Virus record (IMG/VR): IMGVR_UViG_2540341061_000001
Coordinates: 149 to 64,148 of that record
DNA length: 64,000 nucleotides
Reading direction: 5' to 3' (one strand)
DNA from: a virus
Shown here: piece by piece, positions 1-9,821 of the stretch
Numbering within the stretch: position 1 is the first letter of the stretch
Layout of the letters: each line of letters starts with the position of its first letter
Notes under the pieces: model-generated
Databases searched by the model: none
What the model was told of the DNA's origin: nothing
Seen by the model: the letters and a program-made list of their open reading frames with translations, nothing else
Program-made: the position numbers and the translations under genes

Positions 1-470
1 GGCCGACCGATTGCTTTGCCTGATTTGGTGCCATTCTCTTTTGCATAAGCAATTCCGGCATTAACTCTTTGTCTTATAGTTGATTGCTCCAGTTCTGCGG
101 CCGCCGTCATTATGGAGAAAACAAAATTCCCCATTGGAGTAGTGGTATCAATGCCGGAGTCCATATAAGATTTAAAACCGACATTATAGCTATTAAGCAT
201 CTGCATGGAATTTACGGCATGGATCACAGATCTAAAAGCTCGGTCAAGTTTCCAGACAAGCAGAACATTGAACTTTTTCAGTTGGGCCTCCTTCATCAGC
301 GCCGTCCAAGCCTTGCGCCCGGTAAAATCTGATGCAGAAGCCTCATCTGTATATTCCCGGTAGATTTCCCAACCATTGTCGGCACAGTATTTACGAAGCG
401 CTGCGAGCTGCAGCTCCGGGTTTTGCTCTTTGTCTTTAGTTGATACCCTGGCGTATAGAGCTACTTTCAT
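1..470 (-). CDS. Small serine recombinase (resolvase/invertase), runs off the left window edge
   Basis: Not in ORF track. Manual translation from ATG 470: MKVALYARVSTKDKEQNPELQL...VLLVWKLDRAFRS...GIDTTTPMG; YARVS and KLDR motifs; AAGGAG RBS upstream. Confidence 0.9.
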   Translation of the reverse strand, partial: MKVALYARVSTKDKEQNPELQLAALRKYCADNGWEIYREYTDEASASDFTGRKAWTALMKEAQLKKFNVLLVWKLDRAFRSVIHAVNSMQMLNSYNVGFKSYMDSGIDTTTPMGNFVFSIMTAAAELEQSTIRQRVNAGIAYAKENGTKSGKAIGR

Positions 471-686
471 TTAGTTGCTCCTTGCTTTTCGTTGGTCCAT
501 GATGGAAAACAAAACGCCTACCGATCCGTCCACACCTAGCGTTTCACCCCCTGATAGAAGCATCTCCAGTACCTTTGGCCTATATTCTTCTTGTACGCCC
601 AACTCTTTAACGCATGCCGACATGGTTTCCGACATTGCCATCACTACGCCGAGTTTTTGTTTCTCGACATCCGGGCTATTCAACAT
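471..686 (-). CDS. Hypothetical protein, stop abuts the resolvase start
   Basis: 71-aa ORF; TAA directly followed by resolvase ATG; start uncertain (frame stays open upstream). Confidence 0.5.
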   Translation of the reverse strand: MLNSPDVEKQKLGVVMAMSETMSACVKELGVQEEYRPKVLEMLLSGGETLGVDGSVGVLFSIMDQRKARSN

Positions 687-748
687 TTCCTTAACAGTAT
701 AACTTGACCGCTGGTTTATGGTCTTCCTATCAGCAATGGTGTTATCCT

Positions 749-1462
749 TTATTCGCTGTACTTTACAAAAGCATCAGTAAAACCAGCCGCCTTAATCTTA
801 GCAAGCATCGCGTCTGCGTTTGACTTAACGGAATACGCACCGACCTGCACACGGTAATATTTTTTTGGTGTGGTCGGTGTGACGGGAACGGGTGCTTCCG
901 TTGCAGCCAGTCCAACCTTTACAGCAGCACGGAAGGTATCCATCGACTTTCCATGTTTCGGAAACCAGTGCATGACGTCGCCGTGGTTGCTGGCGATGCC
1001 CAGCTTACAACCCTCACTGTGGCAAATGATGTCCTTCTCCGTAAGTCCATACTGCTTGCAGAGATATACGCAAAGCTCCACGGCTTCTCTGTAAATGGCA
1101 GAAAAATACGAGGCATCGGTTAGACCGTCCTCGCAGATTTCAAAGCCGATATGTGTATCGTTCGCAGAACCCCCGGCGTGCCAACCTCTGTAATTCCACG
1201 GTAGAGTCTGATAGGTGGCTATGCTTCCGTCAGCCAACTTGCCTATGAAACCGTGAACGCAGACCTGCCTGCCATCGGGCTTGTCTTGATTCCAGTGGTT
1301 GTTGTACTGGTTCTTGCCCAGCAGACCGTCGTCGGGACCCACATAGCGTTTGAGGTTGGGGTTGTTCGCCCCAGTGGAATGTACCATGATGCCTTTCGGT
1401 GTGATGGTTTTACCCGCTTTGTAGCAGGCATTGTTAGTCAAAATGAGTTTGTGCAGGTTCAT
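749..1462 (-). CDS. Endolysin, N-acetylmuramoyl-L-alanine amidase (Amidase_2) with C-terminal SPOR-like domain
   Basis: IMVHSTG, WHAGG, IGFEICE, HSEG..HGD motifs; YRVQVGAYSVKSNA C-terminal domain; next to holin. Confidence 0.9.
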   Translation of the reverse strand: MNLHKLILTNNACYKAGKTITPKGIMVHSTGANNPNLKRYVGPDDGLLGKNQYNNHWNQDKPDGRQVCVHGFIGKLADGSIATYQTLPWNYRGWHAGGSANDTHIGFEICEDGLTDASYFSAIYREAVELCVYLCKQYGLTEKDIICHSEGCKLGIASNHGDVMHWFPKHGKSMDTFRAAVKVGLAATEAPVPVTPTTPKKYYRVQVGAYSVKSNADAMLAKIKAAGFTDAFVKYSE

Positions 1463-1870
1463 TTATTCGTCCTCCGTTCTGTCATGAAGCTGTTCCAAAA
1501 TGTCTTTGAGTTTCGCCGGAATGGGCAGTCCGAGATGCCCGGCATTTTCGAGCATCGAGACGCCCTCGTTGGAACAATAGAAGAAGATGACGGCTGTCCG
1601 CAGAACTTCTCCGTTGCCGATGAGATAGGTATCCATGATATGTCCGATACCGACCATCACAAATATCAGTACCTTCTTGCAGATACCCTTGAAGCCGACT
1701 TCGCTGGACAGATTTTTGTCCGCAATCGCGCACATGACGCCCGTGATATAATCGGCGATCACGAACACGAGCAGTGCATAAATTAAACCGTCCATGCCTC
1801 CAAAGAACCAGCCGAGTGCGCCGCCGACTGCCGACAGCGCGAGTTGAATCCAATTCCAGATTTCTTTCAT
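1463..1870 (-). CDS. Phage holin (toxin secretion/phage lysis holin family)
   Basis: Hydrophobic segments; DYITGV, NEGVSMLENAGHLGLPIP motifs. Confidence 0.9.
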   Translation of the reverse strand: MKEIWNWIQLALSAVGGALGWFFGGMDGLIYALLVFVIADYITGVMCAIADKNLSSEVGFKGICKKVLIFVMVGIGHIMDTYLIGNGEVLRTAVIFFYCSNEGVSMLENAGHLGLPIPAKLKDILEQLHDRTEDE

Positions 1871-1885
1871 GTTGTTATTCCTCCA

Positions 1886-3214
1886 TTAATAAATAGTCAC
1901 GCCGTTTAAATTGGGTTTTTCAGATGCTTTGCCGATCAAGTCAGAAAGACGTGCTTTGCCTTTCCGCCCGCCGCTGTCGACAGTAAATGCGGTATAGAAA
2001 CCACCCCTGCCGAAATTGTGTGCCACATCCGTGACCGTACCGAGGATTTCGGTTTTCGCACCGCTGATGATGCGAACCTCGTCGCCAATGGTGAGCTGTG
2101 GCGTGAAGATGCCCACGAAGCTCTCCTGTCTGCCGGAAGTGGCAATGGCTTGCGCCAGCTCCTCGGCCATAGCCGTTATCTCGGCAAGCGTCGCACCGTC
2201 AGCGGCTGTTACGTAGGTCGTTCGGTGGGAGGGCTGAACCCACCACTTGCTCCTGGGGACTGTGGCATAAACCGTGTTTTCTGGGTCGGCGCAGGTGACA
2301 CAGACCCTGCTGACCGCTTCCGAATCGTCATATTCCACGCTGTAACTCCAGCAAGTCTTGTCGCGCTCGAAGGTATACACAGCAGGCTGGTCGAAACGGG
2401 CATCTGAAGCGGCCGCCACGCCGATGATGCCATTTGCCGTTTCATCGACCTTCCAGCCGTCAAGCAGAGAGATGACCCGCTTGATGCCGTCCAGTATGGT
2501 GACATCTGGTTCGAAGCGCAGCTTCCATGCCTTTGTGCTGTCGCCGACAAAAAAATCCTCCACCTCCGCGAGGCGAAGAATTTCTTGCAGGTTCAGCTGA
2601 AGCGTCGTTTCTTCAAATGTATTGTCCTCATTGAAGGTCTGTTCCTTCAGCAGTTTGCCAATCGCGTTTCTGGCAGATACGGATACTTTTTCGTCCGGGT
2701 AAGGTACCGAAGCGCGGTCGATATAGAAGATGCCGAGCATGATTTCTCCGCTGCTGCCGAGGGAAAAGTGCAATTCCATCTTGGTGCCGGGTGTCACGAA
2801 AGCACGGTAGCGGTTGAGCAGTGCGCCCTTGATGTTGAGCAAGGTGCAAGACATCTGAGACACCTCACTGCCGATGCTGAATTTCACAGAGCCGTCAATA
2901 AACGAATTTGTGATGTCGGTCGGCAGCATATACATGACAAACCGATGGTCGCCCTCGGCGCTCCAGAACCCGTATGCGCCGTAATGCGCCACTTTTTTGA
3001 TGCTCGGATACGACACCGCTTCATCCGGTGAAATCCTGCTGGTTTCCGTATAGGTCAGGCTGTCATACAAACCGAGAACCGGGTCCGCCGTGCTGCCCGT
3101 GACAGTACCTTCGGCGGTGAGGTATATAAAACGGAGCAGGTTGTCCGAGGTGTGGATCACCTGCGGAAACAAGCCTGCTCCTGCGTCAAGGGAATATTCA
3201 AATGTCAGCGTCAT
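1886..3214 (-). CDS. Tail/baseplate hub-like protein
   Basis: Position after tail genes; C-terminal PQLTIGDEV..VTDVAHNF pattern; likely ATG at 3214. Confidence 0.65.
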   Translation of the reverse strand: MTLTFEYSLDAGAGLFPQVIHTSDNLLRFIYLTAEGTVTGSTADPVLGLYDSLTYTETSRISPDEAVSYPSIKKVAHYGAYGFWSAEGDHRFVMYMLPTDITNSFIDGSVKFSIGSEVSQMSCTLLNIKGALLNRYRAFVTPGTKMELHFSLGSSGEIMLGIFYIDRASVPYPDEKVSVSARNAIGKLLKEQTFNEDNTFEETTLQLNLQEILRLAEVEDFFVGDSTKAWKLRFEPDVTILDGIKRVISLLDGWKVDETANGIIGVAAASDARFDQPAVYTFERDKTCWSYSVEYDDSEAVSRVCVTCADPENTVYATVPRSKWWVQPSHRTTYVTAADGATLAEITAMAEELAQAIATSGRQESFVGIFTPQLTIGDEVRIISGAKTEILGTVTDVAHNFGRGGFYTAFTVDSGGRKGKARLSDLIGKASEKPNLNGVTIY

Positions 3215-3218
3215 GGCA

Positions 3219-5507
3219 TCACCCCCGTTGCAGCTGCACCGAGTAGGTGAAGCGCAGCAAGTTGTTCGCGGTCTTGAACGGGTACTCAAGCGCAAAGCTG
3301 GCTGTGATCGACGCACCTGCCGCAGGCGGTGTAGTGAACTTTAGCCCCGGCACGGTCTTGCCAAAAAAGAAGGTTGAGCCGAAGCTCTGTCCGTCCCTTG
3401 TCGGAAAGCTCTGGTAATATAAATTGTATGTCCAGTTGTAGCTGACACTGCCTGCTACGGTTAAGGTCTCTACCTGTTTTGTTCCCACATTGCCTGCGGC
3501 GTCAACTGTGGATGTCGGTATGGCGGTCAACCCTGTGCAAGTATCATTTGCAATGCTAATATTCAGGGTAGGATCATTATCCGCAGCCACTTTAGCGGTC
3601 AGACGTACATATCTTCCGTTATCGGGACTGATTGTAAAGAAGTCCGTGATATCGGAGTTTTGTGCGAGAGCAGCGTTTACCTTTGTCGCAACTACTGTCG
3701 AAGAGTCTCCGCTTGTAACCGGCACCGAAAGGGTGATCGGGGAGTTTACCATTCCAGCCGCCGTTACGACAACCGTTGCGTTTCCCGCAGTCCCTATGGT
3801 TCCGGTCACATAGATATTTTCCTGTTGCTTTACGGCGGCGACTCCGGCTGTCGTATTGGTCGAGGTTGAAACAACGGTCAGACCCGCGCAGGTGCCATTT
3901 GACAGTGCGATATTCAGACTTGAGACATTGGCTACCGGCGTTTTAGCGGTTAAGATCACATCCGCGCCTGAGACCGACGCGTCATATACAGCTGAAATAT
4001 TCGCATTGTTTTCAAGGGCTGTTTTTATCTTGCCTGCCACAATGCTCGCCGTATCCGATGAGGCCACAGGCACTGAAAGAGTGATCGGCGAACCTGTCAT
4101 ACCATTTGAAGTGACGACGACGGTGGCATTGCCTTCACCACTTAAAAAGACTCTCCAGTACCTCGCCGATACTTCTGTGAATTTCCAGACCTGACTCGTC
4201 CTCGAAAGCCCTGATACATCCGTCCAGTCGGCATCGTTTGTTGAATACTGAATTTTAAGAGTACCGAGCCTTGCGGAAGGTACGGTCAGAATGTCAATCT
4301 TAAGCGTATTGCAGGCCTTTGCTGTTCCGAAATCTATTTTAATCGGATTCACATCACTCACCGTGCAGGAAGAGGGATATACCGTCCTGTCATAACAGCT
4401 CCACCAGGCAAGAGGGTCGCGATAGTCGTAGCTGCTGTTTGGCGTTTTTGATGCAATATCACCGAATGATACTCCGGCGCTTTTGCAGGTCATCGCCGCC
4501 GTATGGTAGTTTTCATACCAGTCGCCGCAGTTGTTCTCCAAATCCACCGTATAGTCCGTTCCTTCTGTCATTTCCGTATCGTTTGCAAAAATACGTACGG
4601 TCCCGGACTGTATCAGCGGACACTTCATACTGAACTCGGTTGTAGCTCCGTCACCCTCGCCGATGACGAGATGGTCGACCGTGTAGGGTGGGAAAACCTC
4701 ATGGTTTGGGAAGGTAAAAGCTCCGACACCTGCAACGCCAAGGTGCTTGATGATGCGGTTGTTTGACTCGCTGTCAAGGAACGTGGTTACGGGCAGGTCA
4801 TACTGATAGGTAGTGGTATTCCCCGTACCGCCGCTGAAGGAATAGCTTTTACTGCCGTGATATTTCACGTTCATATCTGAGGAGTACTCCACGGGGAAGC
4901 GGGAAAAGCGAACATAATCGTCCGTACTTCCTGTGAGAAGCCATTTAAACAGGTAGTTGTTAGCCGCCGTGGGATAAATGCCGTTTGTACCGAAACCGGA
5001 AGGCGTGCAGGTAGCGTAGAAGGTTGCGGTTATATACACCACATCTGTATCAGTCTTTGCGATGGCGATCTGGTTCCCTTCGGAATCCTGCAGCATGGCA
5101 TGGGACATGATGTAGTAATAAGATGAAAAGGTGCCGCTGTAATAACCTTCGAGTGCCACCTCGGTAATGGTGGAGCCGTTACACTCGGTCGCTTCCAGCT
5201 TGATTTGCTTTGTAGTATGCGAAGTCGGATATTCATAAACCGTTTCCAGCGTCGTCACAGCTTTGCGCGTAAGATGTGTAAAAAGGGCGGTATCCGTAAC
5301 GGCGGGCGTCCCCGTTCCAGTACCAACTGCGATATATCTGAACAGGTCTGTCGTTTTACTCAGCGGAGAAGCCGTCAGCCTGCTATTAAAATAGTAGTTC
5401 GTAATGACGTTGAAGCCGACTGCTGTCTGCTTGATTTTACCGCTTACGGCATCGACGACCTTAACGTCAAAACGGTTGTGAAGAACAGCTCGTTCTTGTA
5501 TCTTCAT
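3219..5507 (-). CDS. Tail/receptor-binding protein with discoidin-like segment and two internal repeats
   Basis: N-terminal YIAVGTGTGTP..ITEVAL fibre-type domain; QYSTNDADW..ARYWRV motif; two ~115-aa repeats. Confidence 0.7.
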   Translation of the reverse strand: MKIQERAVLHNRFDVKVVDAVSGKIKQTAVGFNVITNYYFNSRLTASPLSKTTDLFRYIAVGTGTGTPAVTDTALFTHLTRKAVTTLETVYEYPTSHTTKQIKLEATECNGSTITEVALEGYYSGTFSSYYYIMSHAMLQDSEGNQIAIAKTDTDVVYITATFYATCTPSGFGTNGIYPTAANNYLFKWLLTGSTDDYVRFSRFPVEYSSDMNVKYHGSKSYSFSGGTGNTTTYQYDLPVTTFLDSESNNRIIKHLGVAGVGAFTFPNHEVFPPYTVDHLVIGEGDGATTEFSMKCPLIQSGTVRIFANDTEMTEGTDYTVDLENNCGDWYENYHTAAMTCKSAGVSFGDIASKTPNSSYDYRDPLAWWSCYDRTVYPSSCTVSDVNPIKIDFGTAKACNTLKIDILTVPSARLGTLKIQYSTNDADWTDVSGLSRTSQVWKFTEVSARYWRVFLSGEGNATVVVTSNGMTGSPITLSVPVASSDTASIVAGKIKTALENNANISAVYDASVSGADVILTAKTPVANVSSLNIALSNGTCAGLTVVSTSTNTTAGVAAVKQQENIYVTGTIGTAGNATVVVTAAGMVNSPITLSVPVTSGDSSTVVATKVNAALAQNSDITDFFTISPDNGRYVRLTAKVAADNDPTLNISIANDTCTGLTAIPTSTVDAAGNVGTKQVETLTVAGSVSYNWTYNLYYQSFPTRDGQSFGSTFFFGKTVPGLKFTTPPAAGASITASFALEYPFKTANNLLRFTYSVQLQRG

Positions 5508-5519
5508 TTTGAAAACCTC

Positions 5520-6923
5520 CTAAATTGGTAATGTAGAAACAGGTTGCAGGCTCACAGACGAAGCTACAACCGTAATAACAGCCGTATGTGCTGGTTGGTA
5601 GCAATTAATGAACACCGCCTCGTCAATCCAAGCGCCCGCCGATATTGTAGATATGGCTGCAGTCTCGTTTTCATAAGTGAAGTAGTCCACAGTTTCTGAG
5701 GCAGCGACAGCGCTCAGCGCGGGCAGAAACCATCTTTGCAAGCCAAGTTTGTAATACCAGAGAGAACGGTATTCCGGCATTGTAATGGTTACCGCTACCG
5801 TCCTGCGGATATCGGAGCTCGTATATAGAACAAGCGCCTGTTCCTCGCTGTCGTAGGAAGCGGAGATAACGGTCACCCCGGAAACGGAGAGGGTGCATTT
5901 CACCGGGAATCCCGCATCGATACTTCCGTTCAAAGGCTTTGTAAGATGGATTTTAAATCCATAACACACAAAGCCTGTATCGCGGTTCAGCTTTTCCACC
6001 GAGGCCACGGAGATTTCTTCGGTGTCCGACTCGTCCAGCAGGATATAGGGATAAGCGGTATTCCCGCACGAGTACTCCTTGTTCAGCGTGTCCAGTTCGG
6101 TTATATCGGAAATCCACATCCTTACATTAGAGGCGTTGATGTGGACCGTTTCCGGTCGAACACTCATTCCGGCATAGTTTCGGTGGGTCAGTGCCAGCAG
6201 CATCCGTCCGTTGTTCTGCGTCAAAAATCCGATGCGGAAGTCGTTTGTTCGGATAACTGACAGCGTCGTGTTGCCCGTACCAAGCGTGGCTACTTCATGC
6301 TCTGCTTCCCAGACATAGCTTCCGTTTTCCTGACAGCAGAGCGCCCGGTAATACACAGAACCGCTCTTGAGGTAGCCAATGATTAAGCCCTGGTCAAGGT
6401 CTTGTTCGACGCTGGACTGCCAGCCCTTGCAGGCAGATATCTGTGAAACATCGGTGGCAAGAAGTACAGTATTATCGCTGTCCCGCCAGACCTGAACATA
6501 GAGGTTTTCGTCACGGACATAAAAAATATACGGGTATTCCTCGGTTTGAAGGTAATACCATTCCTTTTCGGCGTTCATTTTCCACACGCCGTTAAATTCA
6601 ATCGCCACATCAGTCGCCGTGCCAAGTGTCCACTGGTGCTCCCACGGATACTCTAAGCCAGCCGGGAACTTCCGTTTATATATCTTTGCGACACCATCGT
6701 CCAGACAGATGGCATAAGCCAGAGATAAATCGGATTCGCCGGCAGTCTGGCGCACAGCCACATCTCCGAAAGCCGGAGCAATATCTTCGTGAATCGGCTC
6801 GGAGAGCAGCGAATTGACGGAGGTCTGTGTGGCTACCACACGGAGTTTTGCTAAGCTGTCCGTGTTTTCTACCTTGAAGCGGTTAGCAAGTTTTTCTTTC
6901 AGCGCCGTTGGTATGCTTCTCAT
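5520..6923 (-). CDS. Minor tail protein
   Basis: Synteny in tail module; beta-rich 467 aa. Confidence 0.6.
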   Translation of the reverse strand: MRSIPTALKEKLANRFKVENTDSLAKLRVVATQTSVNSLLSEPIHEDIAPAFGDVAVRQTAGESDLSLAYAICLDDGVAKIYKRKFPAGLEYPWEHQWTLGTATDVAIEFNGVWKMNAEKEWYYLQTEEYPYIFYVRDENLYVQVWRDSDNTVLLATDVSQISACKGWQSSVEQDLDQGLIIGYLKSGSVYYRALCCQENGSYVWEAEHEVATLGTGNTTLSVIRTNDFRIGFLTQNNGRMLLALTHRNYAGMSVRPETVHINASNVRMWISDITELDTLNKEYSCGNTAYPYILLDESDTEEISVASVEKLNRDTGFVCYGFKIHLTKPLNGSIDAGFPVKCTLSVSGVTVISASYDSEEQALVLYTSSDIRRTVAVTITMPEYRSLWYYKLGLQRWFLPALSAVAASETVDYFTYENETAAISTISAGAWIDEAVFINCYQPAHTAVITVVASSVSLQPVSTLPI

Positions 6924-7267
6924 GGGTCGCTCACCTCGCTTACCGCCGCAAGGGTGGCTGTGACCTTATACCAGCCAGCCGCCTGATAATCAAAGTCGCC
7001 GAGTTCAGTAATTCTTCCGCTGAAAACGCCCTGCTTTACCGAGCACTCAAGCAGCGGAACGCTATCCTCGGCTGTCATCAGCGCGGCTTTCCCGGCTTCA
7101 TTAACATGGAGAGTCAGCTCATAATGCACGGTCGGCGAACCGAAGCGTGTCAGATACTCTGTCCCGTCAAGGGCGGTCTGCACCGTTCGGATGACCTCCT
7201 GCGTTTTTCTAAAAGATACAAAGCGCGTGATGATTTCACTTGTCTCCATATTTTTCAGATAACTCAT
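6920..7267 (-). CDS. Small tail protein following the tape measure gene
   Basis: Synteny; overlapping start/stop with neighbours. Confidence 0.55.
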   Translation of the reverse strand: MSYLKNMETSEIITRFVSFRKTQEVIRTVQTALDGTEYLTRFGSPTVHYELTLHVNEAGKAALMTAEDSVPLLECSVKQGVFSGRITELGDFDYQAAGWYKVTATLAAVSEVSDP

Positions 7268-9597
7268 ACACGCACCTCCTGTCTGAGCCTGTCGATGATG
7301 ATGTCTACGACCGAGGTCATTTCACCAGCAGAATTAACACCTTCCACGCGGATAATGCCGGTGTGCTCCACGGTTTTGTTCACATCAAGAGCGGTGTCGT
7401 TCACCACCCGATTTATATCCGAGTCAATGTCCATCTTGAAATCCGTCGGCAGCGCGGTCTGCATATCGTCTGCGATCCCCTTCATCGCGCCGTCGATGTC
7501 CTTTGCCATATCAGCTACGGCATACACGGCATCCTTGCCGTTGCTGTCGATAGATCCGGCGAGACCTTCGACCATCATCTTGCCAAGCCAGCCCATTTCC
7601 TTTGAGGGAGAAGCAATACCAAAGAAGTCGCAGATACCGTCCCATATGGAAGAAATCCAGCCAGACACTTTATCCCAGAGCCACGAGGCCAGTGACTGTA
7701 TGCCTTGCCACAGGCCTGAAACGATGTTCTTTCCGATTTCAAATACCGCGCCGACCGCCTGTCCGAGTCCCTGCACAATTGCTGCAATAATCTGCGGAAG
7801 GGCGGCTACGAGCTGCGGAATGGCTTGAATCAGTCCAGCAGCAAGCTGAACGGTGAGCTCGATGCCCATTTCAATAATCTCAGGCAGATTGTCTGTAATA
7901 AAATCTATTATGGTCGTTATGATTTCGGGCAGCGCGTCGATCAGCTCCGGCAGTGCGTTCAGCAATCCCTCTGCCAGCCCTTTTATAATGGCAAAGGCCG
8001 CCTCGAGGATTTTGTCCATATTGTCGAGCAGCACCTGAACAATCAGGAGGATCGCCTCAACGATGGAAGGAATCAATTCAGGCAGAGCTTCTGCGATACC
8101 CAATGCCAGCGTCACGATCATCTGAATCGCGGCTTCTATAATGGCGGGCAGATTGTCGATAATGCCTTGAACCAGTGTAAGGACAAGCTGCAGAGCGCCT
8201 TCCGTGATAGCGGGCAGAGCCTCAATCAAGCCCTCAAGCAGAGTCATGACGATAGAGGATGCGCATTCCACGATGGTCGGTAGATTTTCTACAATCGCAT
8301 TTACGATAGCCATGACGATATCCATGCCGACCTGAATGATTTTAGGCAGATGCTCCATAATCATGTCGGCAAGCCCGCCTACTGTATTGCCGATGACCTC
8401 GCTTATCTTGTCAAAATCGTCTCCGGCCTCCACTAAGCCGGAAGTGAAGTCGCCGAGCAGCGTAGTACCCTCGTCAGCAAGCGTCTGTAGCTGCGGAAGG
8501 AGTACCGTACCCATGACGCGCTTGGCAGCTTCCGAGCCTTGCTTCAGCCGCTGAACGGAATCATCAAAGGCACCGAGTTTTTCGATGCTCTCCTCACTCA
8601 GAACAGCACCCATGCGTTTCGCTTCCTCGGTCAGCGCGGCGATGCCCTCGCTTCCTTGGGCGATAAGGGGATTCAAGTCCTGCGCACTCTTGCCGAAGAG
8701 CTGCATGGCGAGCGCGTCACGCTCCGTTTCATTGGACACGCCTCCGAGAGCATCAATGACCTCCCAGTAAACGTCCTCGCTGTCGCGAAGATTGCCGTTT
8801 GCATCGGTAACCGACACGCCAAGCCGCGCGTACGCGTCGGCATATTTTGCGGAGCCGTCCGCCGCGCTCGACATCGATTTAACGTTCTTGGCCATCGAGC
8901 CTGTAAGCGTATCCAGAGAAACATCCACGAGGTCTGCGGCATAACTGTATGCCTGCAAACTCTCAACCGACATACCTGTCACGGTGGACTGGGTCAGCAT
9001 TTCATCCGCGTAAGCGGCGGCTTCCACGGTCATATCGACCAGAGCTTTGCCTGCGCTTATAGCAGCTGCACCAACAGCAACAAAAGCCGCACCCATTGCA
9101 GCACCGATACCTTTGACAACCGAACCGAGCTTTTCAAACTTGCTGCCGGAGGAATCGGCTTCCTTGCCCGTTTTTTCAAGCTCGTCTCCGAATTGGTCGG
9201 CTTGCTTCTCGGCATCGTCAAAATTGTCGGCCACATTGTCCAGAGCCTTTTCGTTGTCCTTCAGTTCGCGCTCCATGCCGTTGAGTTCCGCCTGCGCGTT
9301 ATTCAGCTGCACCGCCCACTGCTGTGTGCGGCGGTCGTTCTCGCCAAAGGAGTCGGAGGCGTTTCCCAGTGCTTTGCGGAGCGTTTCGATTTTATCTTTC
9401 TGGGCGTCGATTTGTTTGGTCAGAACCTCATTTTTGGAGGTGAGGGACTGGACGCTATTTTCGTTTTTGCCAAATTCGGATTCGACCAGCTTCATCTCCG
9501 AGCCGAGTACCTTGAACGACTGGTTGATGTCGGAGAGCGCTTTTTTAAACTCTTTTTCGCCCTCGACTCCAATCTTCAAGCCGAAATTGTCACCCAT
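7264..9597 (-). CDS. Tape measure protein
   Basis: N-terminal coiled coil (GLKIGVEGEKEFKKAL), Ala/Leu-rich 11-residue periodicity, WLWDKVSGW motif. Confidence 0.9.
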   Translation of the reverse strand: MGDNFGLKIGVEGEKEFKKALSDINQSFKVLGSEMKLVESEFGKNENSVQSLTSKNEVLTKQIDAQKDKIETLRKALGNASDSFGENDRRTQQWAVQLNNAQAELNGMERELKDNEKALDNVADNFDDAEKQADQFGDELEKTGKEADSSGSKFEKLGSVVKGIGAAMGAAFVAVGAAAISAGKALVDMTVEAAAYADEMLTQSTVTGMSVESLQAYSYAADLVDVSLDTLTGSMAKNVKSMSSAADGSAKYADAYARLGVSVTDANGNLRDSEDVYWEVIDALGGVSNETERDALAMQLFGKSAQDLNPLIAQGSEGIAALTEEAKRMGAVLSEESIEKLGAFDDSVQRLKQGSEAAKRVMGTVLLPQLQTLADEGTTLLGDFTSGLVEAGDDFDKISEVIGNTVGGLADMIMEHLPKIIQVGMDIVMAIVNAIVENLPTIVECASSIVMTLLEGLIEALPAITEGALQLVLTLVQGIIDNLPAIIEAAIQMIVTLALGIAEALPELIPSIVEAILLIVQVLLDNMDKILEAAFAIIKGLAEGLLNALPELIDALPEIITTIIDFITDNLPEIIEMGIELTVQLAAGLIQAIPQLVAALPQIIAAIVQGLGQAVGAVFEIGKNIVSGLWQGIQSLASWLWDKVSGWISSIWDGICDFFGIASPSKEMGWLGKMMVEGLAGSIDSNGKDAVYAVADMAKDIDGAMKGIADDMQTALPTDFKMDIDSDINRVVNDTALDVNKTVEHTGIIRVEGVNSAGEMTSVVDIIIDRLRQEVRV

Positions 9598-9611
9598 ATC
9601 TCACCACCTCC

Positions 9612-9821
9612 TTAGATGCCATTTGGTATGATTTCGTCGATGTAATACTCGCGTTTGGCCTTTGCCAAGCCGTTAAACTGCTTGTATATCTCCCACTGGT
9701 CGAGCAGATGTCCGATCGGCATCAGCCATACTTCGGGCTCCGCCCGACCGAGGAGGGTTGTTCCATAAAAAATCAGCCGGGCAAACAATTCTTCATCGCT
9801 TACCCGACCGACACGTTTTTT
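9612..9821 (-). CDS. Tail assembly chaperone gpGT-like -1 frameshift extension
   Basis: A_AAA_AAC at 9821-9815 near end of the chaperone ORF; -1 frame open to TAA 9614-9612 (RVGRVSDEELFARLIFYG...EIIPNGI). Confidence 0.8.
   Translation of the reverse strand, partial: KKRVGRVSDEELFARLIFYGTTLLGRAEPEVWLMPIGHLLDQWEIYKQFNGLAKAKREYYIDEIIPNGI

Noticed and set aside
1-5507. Gin/Pin-type tail-fibre inversion by the left resolvase
   Set aside because: No inverted crossover repeats and no reversed fibre fragment found in the tail region
8539-9631. Long plus-strand ORFs opposite the tape measure gene (and similar antisense ORFs across the prophage)
   Set aside because: Shadow frames of strongly coding minus-strand genes; no RBS or motifs
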